Assembly (NCBI RefSeq): GCF_036971445.1
Contig: NC_091471.1
Location: 295,926,001 to 295,990,000, forward strand
Reading direction: 5' to 3'
Length of the DNA: 64,000 bases
From: Narcine bancroftii
Taxonomy: Eukaryota
Shown here piece by piece: positions 1 through 12,894 of this stretch. Numbering within the stretch: the stretch's first letter is position 1; each line of letters starts with the position of its first letter. The position numbers and the translations under genes are program-made. Under the pieces are notes generated by a model. That model did no database searches and was not told the origin of the DNA. It saw nothing but the letters and a program-made list of their open reading frames with translations.

Positions 1-659
1 GAAAGCAAGATCCAGGCTGGTAAAGAAATTGCAACCACAAGTTGAAACATTGAAGCAGAGAATTTTGGCCCTCCTGGTTTACATTGTGTCAGTCGGGATT
101 GCAACCTTCGCTCCAGGTATAAATTGCCGAGGATACTGCCCGTCTCTGTGGCTTGCCCACTGAATCGCTGCTCTCCAGGTCATTTGCAGGATGTCTCCGT
201 TTGTCCTTGATCGCTGCAGGGAAAAGGGCCAATCAGCAGCTCACTTCAGGCCCTCCGCACTGAATGGCATCTCGCCCAACCAATAGGCTCACAGATCCTT
301 TCCCACCTTGCATGTCCATCAGAATAAATATAGCCAACCAGCTCCGCCTTGAAGGGCCATGAAAATGCGTCAATTGTAGGGACTGCTTGTCGCTGCCTGA
401 TGCCCGGTTTGGCTTGGGGAGCAGGTGGTCACTTTCCCCCTTTTCCACCCCTCTGGTCGCCCCGCGTCCAGCTCCACAAGGCTCTACAGACCAATCCTTC
501 TCCATAATTAACTTGAAATTAATGGCATTATGATCACTGGACATTAATACAAATAATCCTGCAATATCACTATGATGGTGACAGGTTGGTGACAAACGTT
601 TTCTCTCCACAGATGCTGCCCGGACTGGTGTTTTTATTTTTCTCAGGCTCCACTCCTTT

Positions 660-990
660 TCCAGGCAGAAGATGCTGAAGCATGAAGTCCAGCACCTCCA
701 GGTTTAAAAACAGTTTTTACCGAACAACTATCAGGGTCTTGAACACCTTAACCTTGAATCTCTCCGGGACCCCCAGACCATCTGTCTGCACTATCGAAAC
801 ATACTTTTTTCTTGCCCTAATCGTAGCTGTGAATATTTACTTATCTATTTTAAATTATTATTATTTTGTATATTGTGAAAAATTATTTTTACTATTGTCT
901 TGTAGTTGTTCTATCTTACGCACCTGTATGACTGCAGCAAGTAATGCTTTAGGTGCATTTGTACAATGTATATACTATAAACTTTCATAC
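660..990 (+). mobile_element. Rex-Babar-like LINE 3' remnant
   Basis: Translates to ...MKSSTSRFKNSFYRTTIRVLN, the typical C-terminal 'T.RF.NSF.P..IR.LN' motif, followed by an AT-rich 3' UTR. Boundaries approximate. Confidence 0.65.
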
Positions 991-1244
991 ATACTCGCGC
1001 TGTTTTGCAGCGGTGAAGGGTCAAGAGTCAAGAAATGTGAGTGTAATGTAAATGGGTCAGAAGGGACCGGTCAGGCCGAAGGGCCTGTTTTCCTGTTGCA
1101 TATCCCAATTACTCCACGAAGCAGAGCTTTCAAAATGACGGGATGGGCCGAGAAAATGAACAATCCGGAACAGATCCAGTGGAAAGGAGCTCTTACAAAT
1201 TGTAAGAGAATTGGGAGCTGGGACTGATTAGAGAGTACCTAGCC

Positions 1245-1590
1245 TGAACTTCTCCCCCTTCTCTTCCTCCTATCCTCTCCTCCCACACACCCACCTTTTT
1301 TTTATTCAGCGCCTGTCTGCTTTTTGCTCATTCCTTGACCAAGGGGTCAGGCGCGAACTGTTGGTTACCTATTACTTCCTATGGCTGCTGCGTGACCTGC
1401 CGTCTTCCTTCAACACTTTTAAAATAAATTATGAATTTGCCTTGCAAACAAGGCCCTGGAGAGCAAAAAATGAATAATATCAACCTAATATGAAAGCTGC
1501 GGGTTCTGATGAACGGTCATCGACCGGAGTCCGTTAATTCTGTTCCTCTCCCCACGCTGCCTAACTCGGACTGTGCTCCCTGCATTTACG
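1245..1590 (+). repeat. Two degraded Penelope-type terminal-repeat fragments with hammerhead-like cores
   Basis: ttgaccaaggggtcaggcgcgaactgttggtt...gctgctgcgtgacctgc at ~1336-1400, and ctgatga-a-cggtc-atc-gaccg at 1506-1526. Same family as the copies at 48920, 52710 and 57715. Confidence 0.55.
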
Positions 1591-1619
1591 GATTCATCAT
1601 CCAAAAAGAACTAAAACTC

Positions 1620-1753
1620 CCAGGATGCTCCGCGAGACCTACCTCGAAAACCGACGCGCCATTGGATAAAGCCTGGAGCGAGACAACCAACGAAGCGGCT
1701 GTATATTGGTGTGTAGATGCACCCGGTGAAGACGAAGGGTACCGAGTGGGAGC
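1620..1753 (+). promoter_or_regulatory. MRPL34: CpG-rich promoter/5' UTR of MRPL34
   Basis: Local CpG enrichment and two ATTGG (reverse CCAAT) boxes at ~1661 and ~1705, directly upstream of the exon-1 ATG. Confidence 0.55.
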
Positions 1754-1788
1754 ATGAGCTTTCTGCGGGCGGTGGCGAGGGGATGCAG
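1754..1788 (+). CDS. MRPL34: Mitochondrial ribosomal protein L34, coding exon 1 (MSFLRAVARGC-R)
   Basis: ATG at 1754; Arg-rich, acid-free presequence-like peptide; donor AG|GTACGG at 1788/1789. The phase-2 intron completes Arg (AG|G) before Trp in exon 2. Confidence 0.8.
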
Positions 1789-1900
1789 GTACGGCCGTGG
1801 GAAGGGGATGGGCACCTTGGCATGGCCCGCTACTTCCGCCTGGGATCGGGGCCGATGGACGTCACCAAAAAGGGTTACCATGTCTTTCTAACACTCACCA

Positions 1901-2836
1901 AGCCAGGCAGCGTCTGTGAAGGGAGGAGTGCTGTCACCTTCGGTTAATGTTCATCCCCTCACCTACACGGGTCCCTCCATGTAAAGAGAAACACTTAGCA
2001 GGCCAGGCAGTGTCTGTGAAGGGAGGAGTGCTGTCACCTTCGGTTAAAGTTCATCCCCTAACCTACAAGGGCCCCTTCATGTAAAGAGAAACACTTAGCA
2101 GGCCAGGCAGCGTCTGTGAAGGGAGGAGTGCTGTTACCTTCGGTTAAAGTTCATCCCCTCACCTACACGGGTCCCTCCATGTAAAGAGAAACACTTAGCA
2201 GGCCAGGCAGTGTCTGTGAAGGGAGGAGTGCTGTCACCTTCGGTTAAAGTTCATCCCCTAACCTACAAGGGCCCCTTCATGTAAAGAGAAACACTTAGCA
2301 GGCCAGGCAGCGTCTGTGAAGGGAGGAGTGCTGTTACCTTCGGTTAAAGTTCATTCCCTCGCCTACACGGGCCTCTTCATGTAAAGAGAAACACTTAGCA
2401 GGCCAGGCAGAGTCTGTGGAGGGAGGAGTGCTGTTACCTTCGGTTAAAGTTCATTCCCTCGCCTACACAGGCCCCTCATGTAAAGAGAAACACTTAGCAG
2501 GCCAGGCAGAGTCTGTGGAGGGAGGAGTGCTGTCACCTTTGGTTAAAGTTCATTCCCTCACCTATACTGGTGCTTTTATGTAAAGAGAAACACTTAGCAG
2601 GCCAGGCAGCGTCTGTGGAGGGAGGAGAGCTGTCACCTTCGGTTAAAGTTCATCCCCTCACCTACACGGGCCCCTTCATGTAAAGAGAAACACTTAGCAG
2701 GCCAGACAGTGTCTGTGGAGGGAGGAGTACTGTCACCTTCGGTTAAAGTTCATCCCCTCACCTACATGGGCCCCTTCATGTAAAGAGAAACACTTAGCAG
2801 GCCAGGCAGTGTCTGTGGAGGGTAGAGCACTGTCAC
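1901..2836. repeat. ~100-bp tandem repeat (about 9.3 copies) in MRPL34 intron 1
   Basis: Unit ggccaggcag(c/t)gtctgtgaagggaggagtgctgtcaccttcggttaaagttcatcccc...catgtaaagagaaacacttagca recurs at 2001, 2101, 2201, 2301, 2401 and onward. Confidence 0.97.
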
Positions 2837-3639
2837 TTCCAAGTTCTTCACCAGAAATGAAGAAGTGAGAACTTCTGTTTTAGTTTGCAGACAGGAATAG
2901 GGAGAGGTGTTTTGGACAAAGGGAATGTTAATGAAGCCACCTGGTTGATCAATTAGTGAGAGCATTTGGAGTAAACAAAGCAAGAGGCAAAGATGTGAAA
3001 TGCAGATCAGGCTGTATATGAAATCCCCAGCAGATTATGCAGTGTCTGCGGATGGAGAGGAACAAAATTGGACCTGGGATTTGAAGGGGTGCTGACGGAA
3101 AGAAGACCTCCTGAAGGGCTTTGGGTTTCCTGATCCCAATATTAAAGGATTGAATCTGGAGCTCAGGATGCAAATGGATCAAACAGGAATCTGTTCGGCT
3201 GTAGTGGGGAATCCACGGACACTCAGTAACTTTGAAGGGACTCTCTTTTGCTTTTCTCTTGTACTGTAAGGGATGCCAGGCAACACTGATGGGAATTCTT
3301 TGTCTGCCTTATAGCAGTAGAAGGCAGTTTCATGTAATTTGCATGTTCTGTACAATTTCATGACAATGAAGTAATAAGACCAAAGGGCATGAGCAGAAAT
3401 AGGTTAATCAAACTATTAAGTCTGTCCTGTCATTTAATCATGAGCTGATCCATTTTCTCACTCAGGCACACTGTCTGGCCTTCTCCCCATAACCTCTGAT
3501 GCCCTGAATAATGAATCTTGAGAATTACAGATGAATGACCTGCAGCAGATCTGGCCAATTTGCAGATGCAGAGAAAGGGACCTGAAGTTACTGGATTCAG
3601 TTCGGAGCTCAGAGGCTGAATCCTGCCCAGACACAAGAT

Positions 3640-4160
3640 GAGATGAGACTTCATTATAAAAGCAGAGTCCACAAATAAGGAAATGGAATGAGAGATCCTG
3701 TGAACTCAACGCAGGTGGTCAGCAAAGCAGTCACCCAGTCTGTATTGGGTTTCTCCCATGTAGAGATCACATGGTAAACTCTGGATGCGGTGCACCCAAT
3801 TGGAATAAATGCAAGTGAATTGTTGCTTCATCAGAAAGGACAGTTTGGAGGGAAGAGGTGACAGAACAAGTTTTTCACTTCCTGTGTTTGCCTGGGAACA
3901 TGTCTTGAGAACAGAAGTGGTTGGTGGAGATGGAAGGATCACTGGGGAGCAGTCCTTTGGAAGGATGTGTGTGGTGCTGGACCGGTGTTTAATGAGGGGG
4001 AGAAAGAGAGAATTTGGGAAGAAAGAATGAGGAGGCTGCTGTGGGAAAGAGAGTACTATCCTTGCTCTTTCCTGAAGGAGGGGACATGGGAACAGAGTTG
4101 TGGGAAATTGGGATTGGTCCTTAGTGAATGGAATGTTGCCAGTTTAGAAGGCTAGGGTGA
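3640..4160 (-). mobile_element. Penelope-like element fragment (GIY-YIG endonuclease region, degraded)
   Basis: Minus strand reads QQFTCIYSNWVHRIQSLPCDLYMGETQYRLGDCFADHLR, a degenerate GIY-YIG (YIGET..RL..RF.EH) motif. Confidence 0.75.
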
Positions 4161-4556
4161 GTGGAAAAAGTTGTCTTTGACCTTCAGAGCTGTTGCAGCA
4201 AGGCCCAGTTTAGGTTTAAGGGACATCTCCCACTGTAATCATCCTTCAGGGGCTACAGAGGAGATTCCAGAGAATGTTGCCGGGGATGTAACATAAGTGT
4301 GAATCTCATATATTTGATAAAAGGATTAGGTGAGAGTTAAGATTCCTGGATTGGAGGCAGAGACCATGGTGCTGATTTGAAGGTTCGGGATGAGTGCATG
4401 AAGATATGGCAGAGTCTGAGAAGTGGTATTGCTCTCAGTTGCTCCTTTTTTGCTTTGAGCACTGAGTGGCTTCCTTTTGTGCCATGTTCTGTGAACAGGC
4501 CACACCTGGAGATGTAACCAAAGCTAATATTCCACCGTCTTTGCTGCTTTCTTCAG

Positions 4557-4884
4557 GTGGCACCAAGCACAGTCTTCGGCTCACACTATCTCACTCAGTC
4601 TCAGCCTTCGATTGTTCTGTAGCTCTCCCCTGTCACGGCCCTCTGGCCTCCTAATGCCGTACGCTGCAGCGGGCCTGCGAATGGAGACTGCGGGTTGCCT
4701 TGGCGCCTGGCTCTTCCCTTGGAACCAGCAGCAAGTCCGGACGAAGAAGCGGGGCACTGAGTACCAGCCAAAGACCATTAAGCGGATACGGACACATGGC
4801 TGGCAGAAGCGTATCAGTACCCGTGGTGGCATCGAGGTGATCCTGCGCAGGATGCTGAAAGGACGAAAATCATTGACCTACTGA
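4557..4884 (+). CDS. MRPL34: Mitochondrial ribosomal protein L34, coding exon 2
   Basis: Acceptor ctttcttcag|G at 4556/4557. Encodes WHQAQ...QQQVRTKKRGTEYQPKTIKRIRTHGWQKRISTRGGIEVILRRMLKGRKSLTY*, the bL34 signature. Candidate ATTAAA polyA signal at ~4960. Confidence 0.96.
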
Positions 4885-7149
4885 TTGTCACTGAGTGGAG
4901 CAGGGAGCCTACTGGGAATGAGTGAGCTGTGTCACTCTAAATGCCACTGTACATATTGTATTAAACTCATTGGACTGAACTGCTTGTCTCTTGTTCTCAT
5001 TGGGGGCCCCATTAGCTGGACATGGGGGCACAGGTGGTGTGACCAGATGCACTCTACACACCAAGGCAACAGGGCATTGAGACATCAACTGACTGAAGAA
5101 TGGGGAGAGAACAGCAGGGAGGAGCAGATTGAGAAAAAGATTGGATTGAGAACGAAGTGGAAGAACTGCCACTTTTCAGGAATTGGAGTCAACAAGTGAG
5201 TTTGTCAAGTTGGGAGGGAGTTGGTTAGTGTTGATTGAAGATCAGAAATATAATCTGAGGTGAGGGCACAAGTGCTTCATGTGGTGAGAATGGGCCATCT
5301 TATTCTGGAAACTTCTGCCATTTCCCTGCCTGATCTCTTGGTGCATTAATAACTGTGAAGGGGTTAATCTGCTAGTGCCCAGTCAGCAGTGGACACTACA
5401 GTTCATGTCAATACAACTGGGCTGATCAGAGGAAGAAAGTTCAGCCCCAGGCCCTTCTCCTGATTTCTAGCTGCTGTTCCCCACTGGTAAACACTGGTTT
5501 CTGCTCAGAAGTCATGTTTCCACTGTTGAGTAGCCGACAGATTGTCATTACATCAGCACCACTTAGTTCAGTTGTCTACACATGAGTATTAATAGGTGTA
5601 GAGAGCAGAGAAAAAGATGGCCCAGTGTTGGCCATTCAGCCCTTGCTCTACCATTAAATATCGTCTAGATTCAGTATCTTGTTCCTATTTTCTCTCTGTA
5701 TCCCTTGATCCCTATAACACACAGAAAAATATCTAACTTTCTGAATATATTTAATGCTTTTTCTTCATTTTTTTTTGTGGTAGGAATGCCACAAATCAGG
5801 TATTGGGAAGGAATGTGGATTATGGCGTGCCTGTTCAACATTTGTCTTGCTTCTAATTTTAATTTTGGAACTGATAAGATCAAGTGTATTCAATTTTGTT
5901 GAATGGGCTGAACATATGTTTAAGAATCAGCCTCAGTTGTGGGTGTTCTGAGAGACAAATTCACATCTGACATGGTGCATTCAATGAGCAAATCCAGCTC
6001 CACTAGAGTTGAGAGCAGGGGATGAGAGGGCAGGGGGTGGGGGGTGGGGGGGGGTCGGGGTCTGGTCTCAGTTGGTAGAGAGAAAGAGGCTGAACATGCT
6101 CTCCAGTAATCAGAGAGCCAAGGTAATTGTAACAACTGATAAACTGATTGATGTTATTTCAATCATTTAAAGCTACCACATAGTCAATGGGAATTCTTAT
6201 TGATCATATCGTCCAGGACAGAAACAGGCCCTTTGGCCCACCTGGTCTGTTCCAACTATCAGACATGTTCATTTGCCAGCACTTGGGCTGTAGCTTCATG
6301 TGTCTTGAGAATTCAAGGAATCATCCAAATGTTTCTTAAATGCTGTGAAAGTACTTGCCTCCACCTTCTCAAGCAGTGTGTTCCAGATATGGCGTATGGT
6401 TGCAGAAGGCCCTTGATAATGTTCTCCCTGGAGACAGCCAATCCCAGTAGACAAAGATAAGTTATTGAATTGGCTTGGCCAACATCAAGATGCAAAGAAT
6501 GAACAATGGACAGGAACTCAAATTAGCCAAATGTGATTGGTGGGGTCTCATGATCTGTTTTAGGGCTTTAGCCTTCACCACTTCATTGATGCCATAAATG
6601 ATTAAATTGTTCTGCTGGGACCCAGATGGACATAATGGGCTGAATGGCCTGCTCCTCAGGGGTTAGGCATTGATCCCTGCAGTGCCCACCCAGCAAAACC
6701 TGAGAACGATCAATTTATTCCATTCTATACCCTCCATACAATAACCAGTTCTCAATCCATGTCAATGTATTAATTGTGCTTTAACCTTGTTGACTGGCTT
6801 AAGTGGTATTGTATTCAAAGCCTTCTGAAAATCCACCTGAATCACACTCCTGTTATATGTTCTAAGGTTCAATCTCCCAGCAGTTTTTTCATAAACCCAT
6901 TGTCTTTCCTGTTGTCCTTCACATGTTTTGTCAAGTTGATGACAATATAATACTGAATTTTGTATTTCTACGAACCTGAGTGAATAGGTGGGGCTGTGAG
7001 AGAGAAAGATCCCCACTTTCTTTTGGAAAACATTAATTTTTATTAACCATATGGACCAATGAACATGACGATATGCACACAAGTACCCCTCCTTGGGAGT
7101 AGCTCTAATTTTTATATCAGTGTATGTCAGGAAAGGAATCTGTATATTA

Positions 7150-7570
7150 AATCAGTTTAATGCTGGGATTTGAGGAACTGAGTTACAGGGAAAGGTTAGG
7201 ACTTTATTCCTTGAAGCATAGAAGAATGAGGGGAGATTTGATAGAGGTCTGCCACATTATGAGGGGTACAGATAGAGTAGATGCAAGTTGGCTTTTTCCA
7301 CTGAGGTTAGGTGAGATTAAAAACTAGAGGACATGGGTTCAGGGTGAAATGGGAAAAGTTCAAAGGGAACATTAAGGGGAACCACGTCGAGAGTGGTGGG
7401 AGTGAGGAACGAGCTGCCAGCTGAAGTAGTGAATGTGGGCTTAATTTTCACGTAAGAAACATTTGAATAGGTACATGGATGGGAGGGATATGATCAGTGG
7501 GACTAGGCAGAATAATAGTTAGTGCAGACTAGAAGGACTGGTTTCTGTGCTGTTAGTGTTCTATGGTTCA
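7150..7570 (+). mobile_element. CR1-type LINE 3' fragment
   Basis: Typical CR1 3' text (agaagaatgaggggagatttgatagagg...actagaggacatgggttcagggtg...) ending in a ttctatg-type tail. Confidence 0.8.
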
Positions 7571-8924
7571 ATTGCTGCACAGAGTGTTTCCATGGAGCAT
7601 GTAATTTCACACTGAAACACTAGCCAGCATCTTTGGACTGTGGTACTGCAGGCCTGACTCAAAGGCTCCTCGAGAAACTGTGCTGCAGAATAAATGGACA
7701 TTGGATAGAAGCCAACTCTTCAGTGACATTCTGGCAAACAGTGTAATAAACCTGGAGCCAGTGGCTTGGCAATGGAATTGTTCATTTGTGCTTTGACTCA
7801 AGGTTGTTATGGATGCTACAAATCCTGCAGCACATTTCAATCTCTCCTTGCTGGCATAACAACTCTATACCTTATTACAGCCTTTTTCCCCATTTGTAGC
7901 TCTTATTACAGCCCATATCTCCAATACAACACTCTTCCCCATTAAATCTCTTTTTTCCCCAATGCAACCCTCTTCCCCTTACAAGCTAACCACCCACATC
8001 GCACAGTGCCTACGTTCTTTGCACAAGGATTCCAGTTGATCACAGACCATCACTTGATCCCCAGGTAACTCTTTCCAGGCTGTGGAAACTGAGGACCCAG
8101 AATCAGTTGTCATCTCCCTTTCTAGCCTTACCTTGGATATTCCTGTGCTCCATCCACGGGGATCTATTCCACTAAGTCCATGCCTCTGCCTGTTGTCTGC
8201 TCTCCCTCCAGTGTACCTGGAGCTGGGACTCTGCTTGGTTTCTGTCCCTCATCTCGTTGCTGCAGCCAGTTTCCCTGATCAGCTGTGGCTTGATGGTTGG
8301 TGCTTCCTTCGCTAATTCAGAGGGCTACAGGACCAAGTCCATGCAGAATCTTTACTAAAAACTCACTATAGTGCTGCACTGACAGAAGTACAGAATTTGA
8401 GTGAGATGTTGGCTCTCTCAGACGGCTGCCAGTGATCCCATTGGCTAATATTAATTCTCTTACCTTCAGCTTGTGGGATCTTGCCATGCACTAATTGTTC
8501 CCATGATTCTTGCCGAACATTGGCTGCCCTCCAGAGCAGATCAAATTGAAAGTCCTCTTCAGGATGAGCATTTTCCATGCACTGCACCATTCTAAACCCC
8601 AGCAGCACATGACTACAGGGTGCACTATTCACAGACACCACCTTCCAAGGGTGAAACAGCAGCACCTCCAACCCAAGGAGCCCTGGACTTCTCTACACTG
8701 AGGAGAAATATTCAGCTCTCCAAAATAAAGGTGATTCCAACCCTCTCTCGTCATTTCCTTCCAGCCTATTACAGTCCCATCTCTGTTGATCATCCAGACC
8801 CTGACATTCCCAGAATATCCTGTAGATTGATTCCCTGTGCCTGTTGTAGTGATGGGCAGAGGCCAGGATAACAGAAGAATTAAACCTTTGTGCACCCCAT
8901 TAAGGTGAGTGAAGAAAAACCTCG

Positions 8925-9390
8925 TCAAGTTTATTTTTATCTAATTGCACAAGTACAACCTGGCGAAACAGCATTCACTGGTCCTCGGTGCAAAACACGC
9001 AGACAGAAAACCAGACAAGTATTACATTTGTACAAGTAAATGTTTTTTCATGAATATGAGTCTCAGAAGCAGTTCCTTTGGTTGTTCCACATTCTCATTG
9101 CCCTGTGGGAAGAAGCTGTTCCTCAGCTTAGTGGTATTGGCTCTGATACTCCTGTATCTCTTTCCTGACATGAGCCCCTGAAAGATGGTGTGTGCAGGGT
9201 GGAAGTGGTCCTCTTCAGACAACGATCCCAGTAGATCATATCATTGGGGGAGGGATTTGGGAGACTCCATTGATCCTCTCGGCCACTTTTATGTCCTGTG
9301 GTTTGACACACTGTGATGTAACTGGCCAGGATGCTCTTGATGGAGCTCCTGCAGAACCTCAATTTATATATTTCTGGAAAACAGTTTGAA
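8925..9390 (-). mobile_element. Rex-Babar-like LINE 3' fragment
   Basis: Minus strand encodes EDHFHPAHTIFQ.LMSGKRYRSIRANTTKLRNSFFPQ. Same family as 16080-16940. Confidence 0.8.
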
Positions 9391-9859
9391 CATGAACAAG
9401 AGAGGGTGGTCACTGGTCCAGTTAAAGCGAGGGGGGATGGGAAACTGTATGGGCATTGTGTGGAAAAGAAAACTGGAAATATGGAAGAAGGGGAAGGGGT
9501 GTAAAGCCAGAAGGTGGGGTGACCACATCTACAAGGACTGGAGCCTTATGGTCAATACTGGCCTTGAGTTGGCTTGGGTTGCAAACCAGAATTAATTAAC
9601 TCTTGAGAACGAACTTGTTCTCTGTTCTTTCAGAAATTCAGATGTATTCAGTCTCTGCTGTAATTGAAGAAGAGAACAGAGCAACACAAAAGTCTGCTTG
9701 TTTATTTTTATGCTTTGTGCCTCAGTTTGTCTTGGGCAGCTGTGTCTGTGATCAATCTGTGGGGAACAAGATGTGGAACAGGCACCTGCCCATCAATTCT
9801 GTGCTGATTCTGAAGCTAATTAACTAATTCCTTAACATGGTCCTTATCCCTCCATCCAC

Positions 9860-10595
9860 TGCTAGAGAAACTCAGCTGGTCATACAGTGTATATTAGCTT
9901 GAGCCCTTCATCAACGTGTGGAAAAAGTCAGCAAGGGTTTGAACAAAAGAGTAGGAAGGGATATGTGGAGAAGGGAGGGGACAGCAGTGATCAAAGGGAA
10001 GAGGGATGGCTAGGTCAATAGAGAGGGAAGGAGAGCTGGAAGGGGTGGGGGGAAGAGGAGAACAGGTTAGCAGAAACCGGAAAAATAGCTGTTAATCCCA
10101 TCTGGGTGGAGAGTGCCTGGAAGGAAAATCAGGTGTTGTTCCTCTAATTTGGGGGTGGTCTGCATGAGATAGTACATAAAGCCATGGGCAGACATGTGAG
10201 TATGGGAGTGTGACAAAGAACTAAAATGGCTACTGGGAGGTCTCTGTCGCTAGTGTGGATGGAGTGAAGATGCACAGCAAAGTGATCTCCTAATCTGTGC
10301 CCAGTCTCTCCGATGTAGAGAAAGCCACAAAGGGAGCACTGGATGCAGTAAATATTTCCTGTGGTTACTTCACCTGAAATGCCTGTTTGGGGCCCAGGTC
10401 TGTGGTGAGAGAGGAGGTGTGGGTGCAAGGGTAGCACCTCCTGCAGCCACAGGGAAAGTGCCGGGAGGGGCAATTGGTGGGGAGGGATGAATACACGAGG
10501 GAGTCACGAAGGAAGTTCTCCCTATGGAAGGCAGAGAGGGGAGGAGAGAGGAAGATGTGTTTAGTAGTGGGATCCTGTTGTAAGTGCAGGAAATT
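9860..10595 (-). mobile_element. Penelope-like element 3' part (GIY-YIG plus terminal repeat)
   Basis: NIYCIQCSLCGFLYIGETGHRLGDHFAVHLHSI on the minus strand; partial terminal repeat (ttgatgaagggctcaag on minus) at ~9897-9915. Confidence 0.85.
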
Positions 10596-11498
10596 CCATT
10601 TTTGTTCTTCTCGAGGTTCAAGCATGATAAGATATGTGCACAACTGGGAAGGATAGAGTCCTTCCATCTAAGCAAAATAGATCTTCTAGCCATTAAAGTG
10701 GCAAAAGCTATCACATGGCAATACGACACCAAATATTGACTGTTCTCTATCACCACACCAAATAAAGCTGTAAGGGGATGAGGCTGAATATTAAGCGAGA
10801 AAGTACGGGAAAATGCATTAAAAATCTCCTTCAAATAGTGAACTAATGCTGAACAGGATCAAAACATATGAAATAAGGAAGCAACCCCATTGTGACATCT
10901 GTCACATAAAGAGTTGATAGTAGGAAAAATTTTAGATAATTTTAGAAAATTTGGATAAAAGTACTACTTTGAATTGAATAAGTGAAGGAAATGGAAAAGG
11001 AATGAACCAATTTTAAACACTTGGTCTATATATATCTCTCTCCTTAGAATGAATAGTTTGTAAGTCACTTTCCCAAGAGCTCTTAATTTTATTCATAGAA
11101 ACACAATGTATTTTAGAAATTAATCCATAAATGAAACCTATTAAAACCTTTTGACAAGGATTTAACAAAAAAAATGGGAAACAGAACTTGGTTTCTTAGA
11201 AAATCTCGAACTTGTAAATATTTAAAAGAATGGAAATTAGGGAGATTAAATTTAAGTGACAAATGCTCAAAAGTCATAAAACAAATAAGTCAAAAAATGA
11301 AGTGATACCATTTTCTCTTCATTTATGAAAAACATGATCAAGGCAAGATGAGGAAAAAAGAAATTATTAATAATCGGCGCGGATAAAGAAATTTTTTTCC
11401 TTTCAAAACAGCGCCTGAATTGAAACCAAATTCGTAATGAATGCCAAGTTAACAATCCTCTAGAGTTTATTCTTGTTCTGAGAGTTGGCACCTCCATA
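10596..11498 (-). mobile_element. L1 ORF2 3' fragment (degraded)
   Basis: Minus strand ...EIFNAFSRTFSLNIQPHPLTALFG...IAFATLMARRSILLRWKD plus remnants of the Cys-rich zf-RVT region; AT-rich L1 composition. Confidence 0.75.
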
Positions 11499-12262
11499 TC
11501 AGATAGTGATGGAGCCAGCCAGAATGCTCTCCACAGTACACATATAGAAGTTTTTGAGAATCTTCAGGGAAGTACCAAATCTCCTCATGTACCTAACAAA
11601 GAATAGCCACTGGAGAGCCTTCTTCGTGATTACATCAACATGGAGGCTCCAGGACAGATCCTCAGAGATGTTAACACCAAGGAATTTGAAGTTCTTGACC
11701 CTCTCCACTACTGAGCCCGCGATGAATACTGGGTTGTGTTTCTCTGACTCCCTCCTGAGTCCACAATCATCTTAGTTTTGCTAACGTTGAGTGTAAGGTT
11801 GTTCTTGTGACATCAAAGAGCTGCTCTATCTCCCTCCTGCACACTTCCTCATTGCCGTTTGTGATTCTGCCGGCATCGGCAAACTTGTAGATAGCATTGG
11901 AATTGTGCCTGCCCACGCAGTCATTAGTGTATAATGAGTAAAGCAGTGGGCTAAGCATGCATCCATGGGGTGTGCCTGTGTTGATATCATTGAGGAGGAG
12001 ACATTGCTTCCAATTCGTACTGACTGTGATCTTCTGATGAGAAAGTCAAGGATCCAGTTGCAGAGTGGGCTACAGAGGCTCAAAGTTTGTAGCTTCTTGA
12101 CCGTCACTGGGGAATAATGATATTTAAGGTTGAGCTGTAGTCGATGAAGAGCAGTATGAGTTGCTGTTTTTTGAGGTGTTCTAGAGCTAAGTGGAGAGCC
12201 AGCAAAATTGCCTCTGCTGTGGAGAGATTATAATGATAGGTGAAATGCACTGGGTCCAGATC
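11499..12262 (-). mobile_element. Rex-Babar-like LINE RT fragment
   Basis: LCNWILDFL..RSQSVRIG, LSPLLYSLYTNDC...IYKFAD and ERVKNFKFLGVNISEDLSWSLH motifs across frameshifts. Confidence 0.85.
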
Positions 12263-12894
12263 TTTGCTTATATTCTGGACTTCCTAACAGAAAGATCACA
12301 GTCTGTCTCGGTCTGTAGGAGAACTTCAAGCATCATCATGCTGAGCACTGGCACACCTCAGGGCTGTGTGCTCAGCCCACTCCTGTTCACGCTACTGACC
12401 CATTGGAGGATCCAGCTCCAACAGAGGCAGATGACACACAGTAATTGGCTTTATCAACAACAATGATGTGTCGCCCCTTTCATAATAGATAACCTTTCCT
12501 TTAGAGAATGGGAGAGAAAAGGGATCAAAAGAATAGAAAATTGTTTTTTGGGAAATAAATTATTATACTTTGAACAAATGAAGGATAAATATAATATAAC
12601 TCACGATACAATGTTTGCATACCACCAACTGAAAACCTACTTGAAGGACAAATTGGGAAACAGTCTGAGGTTACCAGAAGGAAGCAATTTTGAATATGTG
12701 ATTACAGACACAATGATAATTTAAAAATTTGTAACAAACATGTACATCAAACTACAAGAAAAGGAGGAGTCACGTGATGGAGTAGTGGCCGGACAGTGAA
12801 CTCCAGCCCTCTCCAGAAAAGTCGGGAAAAACAAAGGAAAACACAAAGGCACAGAAATAAAAGTTACAGAAAAGTGAGTAAAGGTGGAAAGAAG

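Noticed and set aside
1-230. Possible exon of a gene divergent from MRPL34 (e.g. ABHD8)
   Set aside because: A minus-strand acceptor-like site exists at ~215, but the translations do not resemble ABHD8 or any protein I recognise.
1717-1947. 76-aa ORF as MRPL34 exon 1
   Set aside because: The frame starting at ATG 1754 gives a presequence-like peptide and the correct splice phase; this ORF runs into the intron and repeat.
1901-2836. CRISPR-like array
   Set aside because: Whole units repeat with no unique spacers, there are no cas genes, and the context is a vertebrate intron.
5920-6004. Minus-strand terminal exon candidate (VELDLLIECTMSDVNLSLRTPTTEADS*)
   Set aside because: Plausible acceptor but no recognisable homology and no supporting upstream exons.
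8130-8325. Minus-strand exon-like segment ending in AAG|GTAAGG
   Set aside because: All three frames from the candidate acceptor contain stops; no homology.
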